A stretch of DNA of 64,000 bases from NCBI GenBank assembly GCA_964016885.1, contig OZ024764.1, forward strand, positions 26,660,001 to 26,724,000, given 5' to 3'. Below the pieces are notes generated by a model. It was not told the DNA's origin. It saw only the letters and a list, made by a program, of their open reading frames with translations, and ran no database searches. Below are positions 50,161 to 64,000 of this stretch, one piece after another. The stretch is from Eledone cirrhosa. Taxonomy: Eukaryota. The stretch's first letter is position 1; each line of letters starts with the position of its first letter. Both the position numbers and the translations under genes were made by a program.

Positions 50161-51054
50161 TACTAAAGAGTATGTAAAATTTTAAAATAAATACTTAAAT
50201 TCAATTTGTATAATTACACATACAATATGTTTTGTTGTAAAACCCTAAATAATGATTTAAGAAATGATGTCAATCTCTTTGTACAGAGAAAAACAATTTA
50301 TATATATGCATTGTGTGCGCGTGTATACTCCATTTAAGACAGTGAAAAACCTAGTACCTCCTTCAAAGAATGCCAAATAGTTTATGCCTAAGGTGTAACA
50401 CTAATTAAGTTACCGGTGTAGATATTTCAGTTGAACCCTGCTTCAAACATGCATATTATTATTATATATTTTCAAACACACTTACATACATTATATTTAT
50501 ACACATAGAAATAATAAGTTAAAACTAAAGTATAATGATATAACAACAGTATATAATAGTTTTCTTCACTTTATTGAAATGCAATCGTTTTAAAGAAAAA
50601 ACATGACAGTATAAGAAATATTTAATATGATAACATAATATTTCAGGTAGGATGGTCGTTTCTCTATGATGGTGGTTTCTCTTTGAACTAATAATTGTTT
50701 CTATTTTAGGCACAAGGTCAGTAATTAACCAGTACATTACTGGTACTTTATTTTATCGACCCCGTAAGGATGAAAGGCAAAGTTGACCTCGGATCGTAAA
50801 GGGACGTAACTATGCTGGAAAGCATGGCGTCAGACCCTCTACCGATACTGCCAATTCACCATACAGTATAATTATACAAATATGCATATAGATAGCAATA
50901 TATATACACTAATATGTATGTACATATTTACACATATGTACATATATATAGGGAGAGAGAGAGACACATGTATGTATATATATATACACATGCGTGTATG
51001 CATGTGTGTTTATGTACATTCTTCGGTATATATATCTGTATACACATTGGAGAC

Positions 51055-51249
51055 ACAGAGAGAGAGAGTTGAAACGAGAGGTGAGAGAGTTGAAACAAGA
51101 GAGGAGATGGTTGAAACACGAGGAGAGAGAGAGAGAGAGGAAGAGAGAGAGAGGGGATGAGAGAGAGGAATAGAGATAGAGGGGAAGAGAGAGAGGGGGA
51201 GAGAAGGGGATGAAACAACAGAGAGAGGGGAGAGAAAGAGAGAGGGGAT

Positions 51250-51284
<35 letters not shown>

Positions 51285-54200
51285 ATTGAAACAAGAGAGA
51301 GATGAAGCAAGTGAGGGATTAGAGAGAGATGAAACAAGTGAGGGATTAGAGTGTTGAAACAAGAGAGAGAGAGCGAGATGAAATGAGAGAAAGAGAGTGA
51401 GATGAAATGAGAGAGTGGGAGCGAGATGAAACGAGACAGGGAGAGCGAGATGAAATGAGAGAGTTAGAGTGAGATGAAACGAGAGAGTGAGAGCGAGATG
51501 AAACGAGAGACAGAGAGAGCGAGATGACACGAGACAGAGAGCGAGATGAAATGAGAGAGAGAGAGTGAGAGAGAGAGATGAAACGAGAGAGAGAGTGCGA
51601 GATGAAACGAGAGTGAGAGAGCGAGATGAAACGAGAGAGTGAGAGCGAGATGAAATGAGAGAGAGAGAGAACGAGATGAAATGAGAGAGAGAGAGAGCGA
51701 GATGAAATGAGACATAGAGAGATGAAACGAGAGAGAGATGAAACGAGAAAGAGAGGAAACGAGAGAGAGGAAACGTGAGTAGAGAGCGAGATGAAACAGG
51801 AGCGAGAGAGCGAGATGAAACGAGAGGGAGAGAGAGATGAAACGAGAGCGAGAGAGAGATAGAGGGAAATGAAACGTCAGAGAGAGAGACAGATGAAACG
51901 AGGGATATAGAGATGAAACGAGAGAGAGAGATGAAACGAGAGAGAGAAAGAGAGAGATAGAACGAGAGAGAGGAAGAGAGAGATGAAACGAGAGAGAAGA
52001 AGACAGAGGTGAAACGAGAGAGAGAGCGAGATGAAACGAGAGAGAGAGCGAGATGAAACGAGAGAGAGGAAGAGAGAGAGCGAGAGATGAAACTCTGTCA
52101 TGGACATATCTGACCCTGGGGCTAATAATTGTCATGTAATGTTATGGACATCTCTGCCCCTGTGGCTAATAATTCTGTCATGTAATGTTATGGACATCTC
52201 TGCCCCTGTGGCTAATAATTCTGTCATGTAATGTTATGGAAATCTCTGCCCCTGTGGCTAATAATTCTGACATGTAATGTTATGGAATCTCTGCCCCTGT
52301 GGCTAATAAATCTGTCATTTGATGTTACGGACATCTCTGCCCCTGTGGCTAATAAATCTGTCATGTAATGTTATGGACATCTCTGCCCCTGTGGCTAATA
52401 ATTCTGACATGTAATGTTATGGACATCTCTGCCCCTGTAGCTAATAATTCTGACATGTAATGTTATGGACATCTCTGCCCCTGTGGCTAATAAATTCGTC
52501 ATGTAATGTTATGGACATCTCTGCCTCTGTGGCTAATAAATCTGTCATGTAATGTTATGGACATCTCTGCCCCTGTGGCTAATAATTCTGACATGTAATG
52601 TTATGGACATCTCTGCCCCTGTGGCTAATAATTCTGACATGTAATGTTATGGACATCTCTGCCCCTGTGGCTAATAATTCTGAGAGAGATGAAACAAGTG
52701 AGGGATTAGAGAGAGATGAAACAAGTGAGGGATTAGAGTGTTGAAACAAGAGAGAGAGAGGAAGAGAGAGTGAGAGCGAAATCAAACGAGAGAGAGCGAG
52801 ATGAAATGAGAGAGTGAGAGCGAGATGAAACGAGAGAGAGAGGAAACGAGAGAGAGAGGAAACGAGAGAGAGGAAACGAGAGAGAGGAAACGAGAGTAGA
52901 GAGCAAGATGAAACAGGAGAGAGAGAGAGCGAGATGAAACCGGAGAGAGAGAGCGAGATGAAACGAGAGGGAGGGAGAGATGAAACGAGAGAGCGAGAGA
53001 GAGATAGAGGGAGATGAAACGAGAGAGTGATAGCTAGATGAAACGAGAGAGAGAGGAATAGAGAGATGGAACGAGAGAGAGGAAGACAGATATGAAACGA
53101 GAGAGAGAGAGAGCGAGATGAAACGAGAGAGAGGAAGAGAGAGAGCGCGAGATGAAACGAGAGAGAGAGAGCGAGATGAAACGAGAGAGAGAGCGAGATG
53201 AAACGAGAGAGAGGAAGAGAGAGAGCGCGAGATGAAAGTCTGTCATGTAATGTTATGGACATCTCTGCCCCTGTGGCTAATAATTCTGACATGTAATGTT
53301 ATGGACATCTCTGCCCCTGTGGCTAATAATTCTGAGAGAGATGAAACAAGTGAGGGATTAGAGAGAGATGAAACAAGTGAGGGATTAGAGTGTTGAAACA
53401 AGAGAGAGAGAGAGGAAGAGAGAGTGAGAGCGAAATCAAACGAGAGAGAGCGAGATGAAATGAGAGAGTGAGAGCGAGATGAAACGAGAGAGAGAGAGAG
53501 AGCGAGCTGAAATGAGAGAGAGACAGCGAGATGAAATGAGAGAGAGAGAGCGAGATGAAACGAGACAGAGAGAGCGGGATGAAACGAGACAGAGAGAGCG
53601 AGAGCGAGATGAAACGAGACAGAGAGAGCGAGATGAAACGAGAGAGAGAGAGCGAGATGAAATGAGAGAGAGAGAGCGAGATGAAATGAGAGAGAGAGAA
53701 TGAGATGAAACGAGAGAGTGAGAGCGAGATGGAACGAGACAGAGAGAGCGAGATGAAACGAGAGTGGGAGAGCTAGATGAAACGAGAGAGAGAGGAAACG
53801 AGAGAGACGAAACGAGAGAGAGGAAACGAGAGTAGAGAGCGAGATGAAACAGGAGAGAGAGAGCGAGATGAAACAGGAGAGAGAGAGCGAGATGAAACGA
53901 GAGGGAGAGAGAGATGAAACGAGAGAGCGAGAGAGAGATAGAGGGAGATGAAACGACAGAGAGAGAGACAGATGAAACGAGGGAGATAGAGATGAAACGA
54001 GAGAGAGAGATGAAACGAGAGAGAGGAAGAGAGAGATGGAACGAGAGAGAGGAAGGGAGAGATGGAACGAGAGAGAGGAAGACAGAGATGAAACGAGAGA
54101 GAGAGAGAGCAAGATGAAACGAGAGAGAGAGATGAAACGAGAGAGAGGAAGAGAGAGATGGAACGAGAGAGAGGAAGAGAGAGATGGAACGAGCGAGAGG

Positions 54201-57200
54201 AAGACAGAGATGAAACGAGACAGAGAGAGATCGAGATGAAACGAGAGAGAGGAAGAGAGAGAGCGCAAGATGAAACGAGAGAGAGAGAGAGAGCGAGATG
54301 AAACGAGAGAGAGGAAGAGAGAGAGCGCGAGATGAAACGAGAGAGAGGAAGAGAGAGAGCGCGAGATGAAATGAGAGAGAGAGAGCGAGATGAAATGAGA
54401 GATTGAGAGTGAGATGAAACGAGAGAGTGAGAGAGAGCGAGATGAAATGACAGAGAGAGAGCGAGATGAAATGAGAGAGAGACAGCGAGATGAAACGAGA
54501 CAGAGAGAGCGGGATGAAACGAGACAGAGAGATCGAGATGAAATGAGAGCGAGAGAGCGAGATGAAATGAGAGAGAGAGAGCGAGATGAAACGAGAGAGT
54601 GAGAGCGAGATGGAACGAGTCAGAGAGAGCGAGATGAAACGAGAGAGTGAGAGCTAGATGAAACGAGAGAGAGAGGAAACGAGAGAGAGAGGAAACGAGA
54701 GGGAGGAAACGAGAGAGAGGAAACGAGAGTAGAGAGCAAGATGAAACAGGAGAGAGAGAGAGCGAGATGAAACCGGAGAGAGAGAGCGAGATGAAACGAG
54801 AGGGAGGGAGAGATGAAACGAGAGAGCGAGAGAGAGATAGAGGGAGATGAAACGAGAGAGTGATAGCTAGATGAAACGAGAGAGAGAGGAATAGAGAGAT
54901 GGAACGAGAGAGAGGAAGACAGATATGAAACGAGAGAGAGAGAGAGCGAGATGAAACGAGAGAGAGGAAGAGAGAGAGCGCGAGATGAAACGAGAGAGAG
55001 AGAGCGAGATGAAACGAGAGAGAGAGCGAGATGAAACGAGAGAGAGGAAGAGAGAGAGCGCGAGATGAAAGTCTGTCATGTAATGTTATGGACATATCTG
55101 CCCTTGGGGCTAATAATTGTCATGTAATGTTATGGACATATCTACCCTTGGGGCTAATAATTGTCATGTAATGTTATGTACATCTCTGCCCCTGTGGCAA
55201 ATAATTCTGTCATGTAATGTTATGGACACCTCTGTCCCTGTGGCTAATAATTATGTCATGTAATGTTATGGACATCTCTGCCCCTGTGGCTAATAATTCT
55301 GTCATGTAATGTTATGGACATCTCTGCCCCTGTGGCTAATAAATTCGTCATGTAATGTTATGGACATCTCTGCCCCTGTGGCTAATAAATCTGTCATGTA
55401 ATGTTTTGGACATCTCTTCCCCTGTGGCTAATAATTCTGACATGTAATGTTATGGATATCTCTGCCCCTGTGGCTAATAATTCTGAGAGAGATGAAACAA
55501 GTGAGGGATAAGAGAGAGATGAAACAAGTGAGGGATTAGAGTGTTGAAACAAGAGAGAGAGAGGAAGAGAGAGTGAGAGCGAGATCAAACGAGAGAGAGA
55601 GAGAGCGAGATGAAATGAGAGAGTGAGAGCGAGATGAAACGAGAGAGAGAGAGCGAGATGAAATGAGAGAGAGAGAGCGAGATGAAATGAGAGAGAGAGA
55701 GCGAGATGAAACGAGACAGAGAGAGCGAGGTGAAACGAGAGAGAGAGAGAGAGCGAAATGAAACGAGACAGATTAGAGCGAGATGAAACGAGAGAGAGAG
55801 AGCAAGATGAAATGAGAGAGAGAGAGCGAGATGAAACGAGAGAGTGAGAGCTAGAGGAAACGATAGAGAGAGGAAACGAGAGAGAGAGGAAACGAGAGAG
55901 AGGATACGAGAGAGAGGAAACGAGAGAGAGGAAGAGAGAGAGCGCAAGATGAAACGAGAGAGAGAGCGCGAGATGAAAGTCTGTCATGTAATGTTATGGA
56001 CATATCTGCCATTGGGGCTAATAATTGTCATGTAATGTTATGGCAATCTCTGCCCCTGTGGCTAATAATTCTGTCATGTAATGTTATGGACATCTCTGCC
56101 CCTGTGGCTAATAATTCTGTCATGTAATGTTATGGACATCTCTGCCCCTGTGGCTAATAAATCTGTCATGTAATGTTATGGACATCTCTGCCCCTGTGGC
56201 TAATAATTCTGACATGTAATGTTATGGACATCTCTGCCCCTGTGGCTAATAAATATGACATGTAATGTTATGGACATCTCTGCCCCTGTGGCTAATAAAT
56301 CTGTCATGTAATGTTATGGACATCTCTGCCCCTGTGGCTAATAATTCTGACATGTAATGTTATGGACATCTCTGCCCCTGTGGCTAATAAATCTGTCATG
56401 TAATGTTATGGACATCTCTGCCCCTGTGGCTAATAATTCTGACATGTAATGTTATGGACATCTCTGCCCCTGTGGCTAATAATTCTGTCATGTAATGTTA
56501 TGGACATCTCTGCCCCTGTGGCTAATAAATTCGTCATGTAATGTTATGGACATCTCTGCCCCTGTGGCTAATAAATCGGTCATGTAATGTTATGGACATC
56601 TCTGCCCCTGTGGTTAATAATTCTGACATGTAATGTTATGGATATCTCTGCCCCTGTGGCTAATAATTCTGAGAGAGATGAAACAAGTGAGGGATAAGAG
56701 AGAGATGAAACAAATGAGGGATTAGAGTGTTGAAACAAGAGAGAGAGAGGAAGAGAGAGTGAGAGCGAGATCAAACGAGAGAGAGAGCGAGATGAAATGA
56801 GAGAGTGAGAGCGAGATGAAACGAGAGAGAGAGAGCGAGATGAAATGAGAGAGCGAGAGCGAGATGAAATGAGAGAGAGAGAGCGAGATGAAACGAGACA
56901 GAGAGAGCGAGATGAAACGAGAGAGAGAGAGAGCGAAATGAAACGAGTCAGATTAGAGCGAGATGAAACGAGAGAGAGAGAGCGAGATGAAATGAGAGAG
57001 AGAGAGCGAGATGAAACGAGAGAGTGAGAGCTAGAGGAAACGAGAGAGAGAGGAAACGAGAGAGAGGATACGAGAGAGAGGAAACGAGAGTAGAGAGCGA
57101 GATGAAACAGGAGAGAGAGAGCGAGATGAAACAGGAGAGAGAGAGCGAGATGAAACGAGAGGGAGAGAGAGATGAAACGAGAGAGCGAGAGAGAGATAGA

Positions 57201-60200
57201 GGGAGATGAAACGACAGAGAGAGAGACAGATGAAACGAGGGAGATAGAGATGAAACGAGAGAGAGAGATGAAACGAGAGAGAGGAAGAGAGAGATGGAAC
57301 GAGAGAGAGGAAGAGAGAGATGGAACGAGAGAGAGGAAGACAGAGATGAAACGAGAGAGAGAGAGAGCGAGATGAAACGAGAGAGAGGAAGAGAGAACGC
57401 GAGATGAAACGAGAGAGAGAGAGAGCAAGATGAAACGAGAGAGAGGAAGAGAGAGAGCGCAAGATGAAACGAGAGAGAGAGCGCGAGATGAAAGTCTGTC
57501 ATGTAATGTTATGGACATATCTGCCCTTGGGGCTAATAATTGTCATGTAATGTTATGGAAATCTCTGCCTCTGTGGCTAATAATTCTTTCATGTAATGTT
57601 ATGGACATCTCTGCCCCTGTGGCTAATAATTCTGTCATGTAATGTTATGGACATCTCTGCCCCTGTGGCTAATAAATCTGTCATGTAATGTTATGGACAT
57701 CTCTGCCCCTGTGGCTAATAATTCTGACATGTAATGTTATGGACATCTCTGCCCCTGTGGCTAATAAATCTGTCATGTAATGTTATGGACATCTCTGCCC
57801 CTGTGGCTAATAATTCTGACATGTAATGTTATGGACATCTCTGCCCCTGTGGCTAATAATTCTGAGAGAGATGAAACAAGTGAGGGATTAGAGAGAGATG
57901 AAACAAGTGAGGGATTAGAGTGTTGAAACAAGAGAGAGAGAGAGGAAGAGAGAGTGAGAGCGAAATCAAACGAGAGAGAGCGAGATGAAATGAGAGAGTG
58001 AGAGCGAGATGAAACGAGAGAGAGAGAGAGAGCGAGATGAAATGAGAGAGAGAGAGCGAGATGAAATGAGAGAGAGAGAGAGCGAGATGAAACGAGACAG
58101 AGAGAGCGGGATGAAACGAGACAGAGAGAGCGAGAGCGAGATGAAACGAGACAGAGAGAGCGAGATGAAACGAGAGAGAGAGAGCGAGATGAAATGAGAG
58201 AGAGAGAGCGAGATGAAATGAGAGAGAGAGAGCGAGATGAAACGAGAGAGTGAGAGCGAGATGAAACGAGAGAGTGAGAGCGAGATGGAACGAGACAGAG
58301 AGAGCGAGATGAAACGAGAGTGGGAGAGCTAGATGAAACGAGAGAGAGAGGAAACGAGAGACGAAACGAGAGAGAGGAAACGAGAGTAGAGAGCGAGATG
58401 AAACAGGAGAGAGAGAGCGAGATGAAACAGGAGAGAGAGAGCGAGATGAAACGAGAGGGAGAGAGAGATGAAACGAGAGAGCGAGAGAGAGATAGAGGGA
58501 GATGAAACGACAGAGAGAGAGACAGATGAAACGAGGGAGATAGAGATGAAACGAGAGAGAGAGATGAAACGAGAGAGAGGAAGAGAGAGATGGAACGAGA
58601 GAGAGGAAGGGAGAGATGGAACGAGAGAGAGGAAGACAGAGATGAAACGAGAGAGAGAGAGAGCAAGATGAAACGAGAGAGAGAGATGAAACGAGAGAGA
58701 GGAAGAGAGAGATGGAACGAGAGAGAGGAAGAGAGAGATGGAACGAGCGAGAGGAAGACAGAGATGAAACGAGACAGAGAGAGATCGAGATGAAACGAGA
58801 GAGAGGAAGAGAGAGAGCGCAAGATGAAACGAGAGAGAGAGAGAGAGAGAGCGAGATGAAACGAGAGAGAGGAAGAGAGAGAGCGCGAGATGAAACGAGA
58901 GAGAGGAAGAGAGAGAGCGCGAGATGAAATGAGAGAGAGAGAGCGAGATGAAATGAGAGATTGAGAGTGAGATGAAACGAGAGAGTGAGAGAGAGCGAGA
59001 TGAAATGACAGAGAGAGAGCGAGATGAAATGAGAGAGAGAGAGCGAGATGAAACGAGACAGAGAGAGCGGGATGAAACGAGACAGAGAGATCGAGATGAA
59101 ATGAGAGAGAGAGAGCGAGATGAAATGAGAGAGAGAGAGCGAGATGAAACGAGAGAGTGAGAGCGAGATGGAACGAGTCAGAGAGAGCGAGATGAAACGA
59201 GAGAGTGAGAGCTAGATGAAACGAGAGAGAGAGGAAACGAGAGAGAGAGGAAACGAGAGAGAGGAAACGAGAGAGAGGAAACGAGAGTAGAGAGCAAGAT
59301 GAAACAGGAGAGAGAGAGAGCGAGATGAAACCGGAGAGAGAGAGCGAGATGAAACGAGAGGGAGGGAGAGATGAAACGAGAGAGCGAGAGAGAGATAGAG
59401 GGAGATGAAACGAGAGAGTGATAGCTAGATGAAACGAGAGAGAGAGGAATAGAGAGATGGAACGAGAGAGAGGAAGACAGATATGAAACGAGAGAGAGAG
59501 AGAGCGAGATGAAACGAGAGAGAGGAAGAGAGCGCGAGATGAAACGAGAGAGAGAGAGCGAGATGAAACGAGAGAGAGAGCGAGATGAAACGAGAGAGAG
59601 GAAGAGAGAGAGCGCGAGATGAAAGTCTGTCATGTAATGTTATGGACATATCTGCCCTTGGGGCTAATAATTGTCATGTAATGTTATGGACATATCTACC
59701 CTTGGGGCTAATAATTGTCATGTAATGTTATGTACATCTCTGCCCCTGTGGCAAATAATTCTGTCATGTAATGTTATGGACACCTCTGTCCCTGTGGCTA
59801 ATAATTATGTCATGTAATGTTATGGACATCTCTGCCCCTGTGGCTAATAATTCTGTCTTGTAATGTTATGGACATCTCTGCCCCTGTGGCTAATAAATTC
59901 GTCATGTAATGTTATGGACATCTCTGCCCCTGTGGCTAATAAATCTGTCATGTAATGTTTTGGACATCTCTTCCCCTGTGGCTAATAATTCTGACATGTA
60001 ATGTTATGGATATCTCTGCCCCTGTGGCTAATAATTCTGAGAGAGATGAAACAAGTGAGGGATAAGAGAGAGATGAAACAAGTGAGGGATTAGAGTGTTG
60101 AAACAAGAGAGAGAGAGGAAGAGAGAGTGAGAGCGAGATCAAACGAGAGAGAGAGAGCGAGATGAAATGAGAGAGTGAGAGCGAGATGAAACGAGAGAGA

Positions 60201-61250
60201 GAGAGCGAGATGAAATGAGAGAGAGAGAGCGAGATGAAATGAGAGAGAGAGAGCGAGATGAAACGAGACAGAGAGAGCGAGGTGAAACGAGAGAGAGAGA
60301 GAGCGAAATGAAACGAGACAGATTAGAGCGAGATGAAACGAGAGAGAGAGAGAGCAAGATGAAATGAGAGAGAGAGAGCGAGATGAAACGAGAGAGTGAG
60401 AGCTAGAGGAAACGATAGAGAGAGGAAACGAGAGAGAGAGGAAACGAGAGAGAGGATACGAGAGAGAGGAAACGAGAGTAGAGAGCGAGATGAAACAGGA
60501 GAGAGAGAGCGAGATGAAACAGGAGAGAGAGAGCGAGATGAAACGAGAGGGAGAGTGAGATGAAACGAGAGAGGGAGAGAGAGATAGAGGGAGATGAAAC
60601 GACAGAGAGAGAGACAGATGAAACGAGGGAGATAGAGATGAAACGAGAGAGAGAGATGAAACGAGAGAGAGGAAGAGAGAGATGGAACGAGAGAGAGGAA
60701 GAGAGAGATGGAACGAGAGAGAGGAAGACAGAGATGAAACGAGAGAGAGAGAGAGCGAGATGAAACGAGAGAGAGGAAGAGAGAGAACGCGAGATGAAAC
60801 GAGAGAGAGAGCAAGATGAAACGAGAGAGAGGAAGAGAGAGAGCGCAAGATGAAACGAGAGAGAGAGAGCGCGAGATGGAAGTCTGTCATGTAATGTTAT
60901 GGACATATCTGCCCTTGGGGCTAATAATTGTCATGTAATGTTATGGAAATCTCTGCCCCTGTGGCTAATAATTCTGTCATGTAATGTTATGGACATCTCT
61001 GCCCCTGTGGCTAATAAATATGACATGTAATGTTATGGACATCTCTGCCCCTGTGGCTAATAAATCTGTCATGTAATGTTATGGACATCTCTGCCCCTGT
61101 GGCTAATAATTCTGCCATGTAATGTTATTGACATCTCTGCCCCTGTGGCTAATAAATCTGTCATGTAATGTTATGGACATCTCTGCCCCTGTGGCTAATA
61201 ATTCTGACATGTAATGTTATGGACATCTCTGCCCCTGTGGCTAATAATTC
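51055..61250 (-). repeat. Expanded composite satellite, reverse orientation, with a ~4.5-kb higher-order duplication
   Basis: Seven GA-rich blocks alternate with 46-bp runs; shared diagnostic variants at ~55133/59689 and ~55403/59956. Confidence 0.97.
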
Positions 61251-64000
61251 TGATTTATTAGCCACAGGGGCAGAGATGTCCATAACATTACATGACGGAA
61301 TTATTAGCCACAGGGGCAGAGATTTCCATAACATTACATGTCAGAATTATTAGCCACAGGGGCAGAGATGTCCATAACATTACATGTCAGAATTATTAGC
61401 CACAGGGGCAGAGATGTCCATAACATTACATGACAGAATTATTAGCCACAGGGGCAGAGATGACCATAACATTACATGACAATTATTAGCCACAGGGGCA
61501 GATATGTCAATAACATTACATGACAGAGTTTCATCTTGCGCTCTCTCTCTCTCGTTTCATCTCGCTCTCCCTCTCTCTCGTTTCATCTCTGTCTTCCTCT
61601 CTCTCGTTTCATCTCGCTCTCTCTCTCTCTCGTTTCATCTCTGTCTTCCTCTCTCTCGTTCCATCTCTCTCTTCCTCTCTCTCGTTCCATCTCTCTCTTC
61701 CTCTCTTTCGTTTCATCTCTATCTCCCTTCTTTCATCTGTCTCTCTCTCTGTCGTTTCATCTCGCGCTCTCTCTCTCTCGTTTCATCTTGCGCTCTCTCT
61801 CTCTCGTTTCGTCTTGCTCTCTCTCTCTCTCGTTTCATCTCTGTCTTCCTCTCTCTCGTTCCATCTCTCTATTCCTCTCTCTCGTTCCATCTCTCTCATC
61901 CTCTCTCTCGTTTCATCTCTATCTCCCTCCTTTCATCTGTCTCTCTCTCTGTCGTTTCATCTCGCGCTCTCTCTCTCTCGTTTCATCTTGCGCTCTCTCT
62001 CTCTCGTTTCATCTCGTTCTCTCTCTCGTTTCATCTCTGTCTTCCTCTCTCTCGTTCCATCTCTCTCTTCCTCTCTCTCGTTCCATCTCTCTCTTCCTCT
62101 CTCTCGTTTCATCTCTATCTCCCTTCTTTCATCTGTCTCGCTCTCTGTCGTTTCATCTCGCGCTCTCTCTCTCTCGTTTCATGTCGCGCTCTCTCTCTCT
62201 CGTTTCATCTCGCTCTCTCTCTCTCGTTTCATCTCTGTCTTCCTCTCTCTCGTGCCATCTCTCTCTTCCTCTCTCTCTTCCTCTCTCTCGTTTCATCTCT
62301 ATCTCCCTTGTTTCATCTCTCTCTCGCTCTCTCGTTTCATCTCTCTCTCCCTCTCGTTTCATCTCGCTCTCTCTCTCCTGTTTCATCTCGCTCTCTCTCT
62401 CTCGTTTCATCTCTGTCTTCCTCTCTCTCGTTCCATCTCTGTCTTCCTCTCTCTCGTTCCATCTCTCGCTTCCTCTCTCTCGTTTCATCTCGCTCTCCCT
62501 CGTTTCATCTCTCTCTCGCTCTCTCGTTTCATCTCTCTCTCCCTCTCATTTCATCTCGCTCTCTCTCTCCTGTTTCATCTGGCTCTCTCTCTCTCCTGTT
62601 TCATCTCGCTCTCTACTCTCGTTTCCTCTCTCTCTCTCGTTTCATCTCTCTCTCCCTCCCGTTTCATCTCGCTCTCTCTCTCTCATTTCATCTCGCTCTC
62701 TCTCTCTCGTTTCATCTCGCTCTCCCTCTCTCGTTTCATCCCGCTCTCACTCTCTCATTTCTTCTCGCTCTCTCTCTCTTGTTTCAACACTCTAATCCCT
62801 CACTTGTTTACTATCTCTCAGAATTATTAGCCACAGGGGCAGAGATGACCATAACATTACATGTCAGAATTATTAGCCACAAGGGCAGAGATGTCCATAA
62901 CATTACATGACAGAATTATTAGCCACAGGGGCAGATATGTCAATAACATTACATGGCAGAGTTTCATCTCGCGCTCTCTCTCTCTCGTTTCATCTTGCGC
63001 TCTCTCTCTCTCTCGTTTCATCTTGCTCTCTCTCTCGTTTCATCTCTGTCTTCCTCTCTCTCGTTCCATCTCTCTCTTCCTCTCTCTCGTTCCATCTCTC
63101 TCATCCTCTCTCTCGTTTCATCTCTATCTCCCTCCTTTCATCTGTCTCTCTCTCTGTCGTTTCATCTCGCGCTCTCTCTCTCTCTCGTTTCATCTCGCGC
63201 TCTCTCTGTCTCGTTTCATCTCGCTCTCTCTCTCTCTCGTTTCATCTCTGTCTTCCTCTCTCTCGTTCCATCTCTCTCTTCCTCTCTCTCGTTCCATCTC
63301 TCTCTTCCTCTCTCTCGTTTCATCTCTATCTCCCTCGTTTCATCTCTCTCTCGCTCTCTTGTTTCATCTCTCTCTCTCGCTCTCTCTCTCCTGTTTCATC
63401 TCGCTCTCTACTCTCGTTTCCTCTCTCTCGTTTCCTCTCTGTCTCGTTTCATCTCGCTCTCTCTCTTTCTCGTTTGATCTCGCTCTCACTCTCTCGTTTC
63501 ATCTCGCTTCTCTCACTCTCTTGATTCATCTCGCTCTCTCTCTCTCTTGTTTCAACACTCTAATCCCTCACTTGTTTTATCTCTCTCTAATCCCTCACTT
63601 GGTTCATCTCTCTCAGAATTATTAGCCACAGGAGCAGAGATGTCCATAACATTACATGTCAGAATTATTAGCCACAGGGCAGAGATGTCCATAACATTAC
63701 ATGTCAGAATTATTAGCCACTGGGGCAGAGATGTCCATAACATTACATGTCAGAATTATTAGCCACAGGGGTAGAGATGTCCATAACATTACATGTCAGA
63801 ATTATTAGCCACAGGGGCAGAGATGTCCATAACATTACATGACAGAATTATTAGCCACAGGGGCAGTGATGTCCATAACATTACATGACAATTATTAGCC
63901 CCAAGGGCAGATATGTCCATAACATTACATGACAGAGTTCCATCTCGCGCTCTCTCTCTTCCTCTCTCTCGTTTCATCTCGCTCTCTCTCTCTCTCGTTT
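61251..64000 (+). repeat. Composite satellite, forward orientation, running off the window
   Basis: Strand switch at GGCTAATAA-TTCTGAT-TTATTAGCC; CT blocks at ~61526-62818 and ~62959-63613. Confidence 0.97.

Larger units (their letters stand above)
35946..52680 (+). repeat. ~17-kb tandem segmental duplication, copy B
   Basis: Colinear with 18242-35945. The right boundary merges into the satellite and is approximate. Confidence 0.9.

Overview
This is a gene-free, entirely repetitive eukaryotic (animal) window. The Nin/Deu-type SINEs, RTE LINEs and microsatellite style suggest an octopus or other mollusc, which is inference. No cellular protein-coding gene, rRNA, tRNA or CRISPR array is supported. 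The ends (1-4067 and ~51050-64000) are a composite satellite in which 46-bp minisatellite runs alternate with CT/GA-rich blocks; it switches strand at ~3838 and ~61251. The middle is a nested amplification of a decayed Helitron RepHel with SINE, MITE, CRE and RTE debris: a partial copy (4068-14270), then a ~17-kb tandem duplication, each copy holding three ~2.6-kb units. The one long open ORF is a young, 5'-truncated RTE LINE (APE-RT-PHD, minus strand, 14576-17314) inserted in a (TA)n tract. The most striking signal is that many junctions are hairpin or fold-back events: (i) a perfect 30-bp snap-back palindrome leading into an 89-bp satellite of alternating inverted cores whose spacers flip between copies; (ii) ~0.4-kb palindrome arms homogenised within, but not between, copies; (iii) a satellite-carrying cassette inserted at an exact Helitron position whose satellite grows from ~1.7 kb to >12.9 kb. 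A hairpin-driven amplification process is my interpretation, not a demonstrated system.
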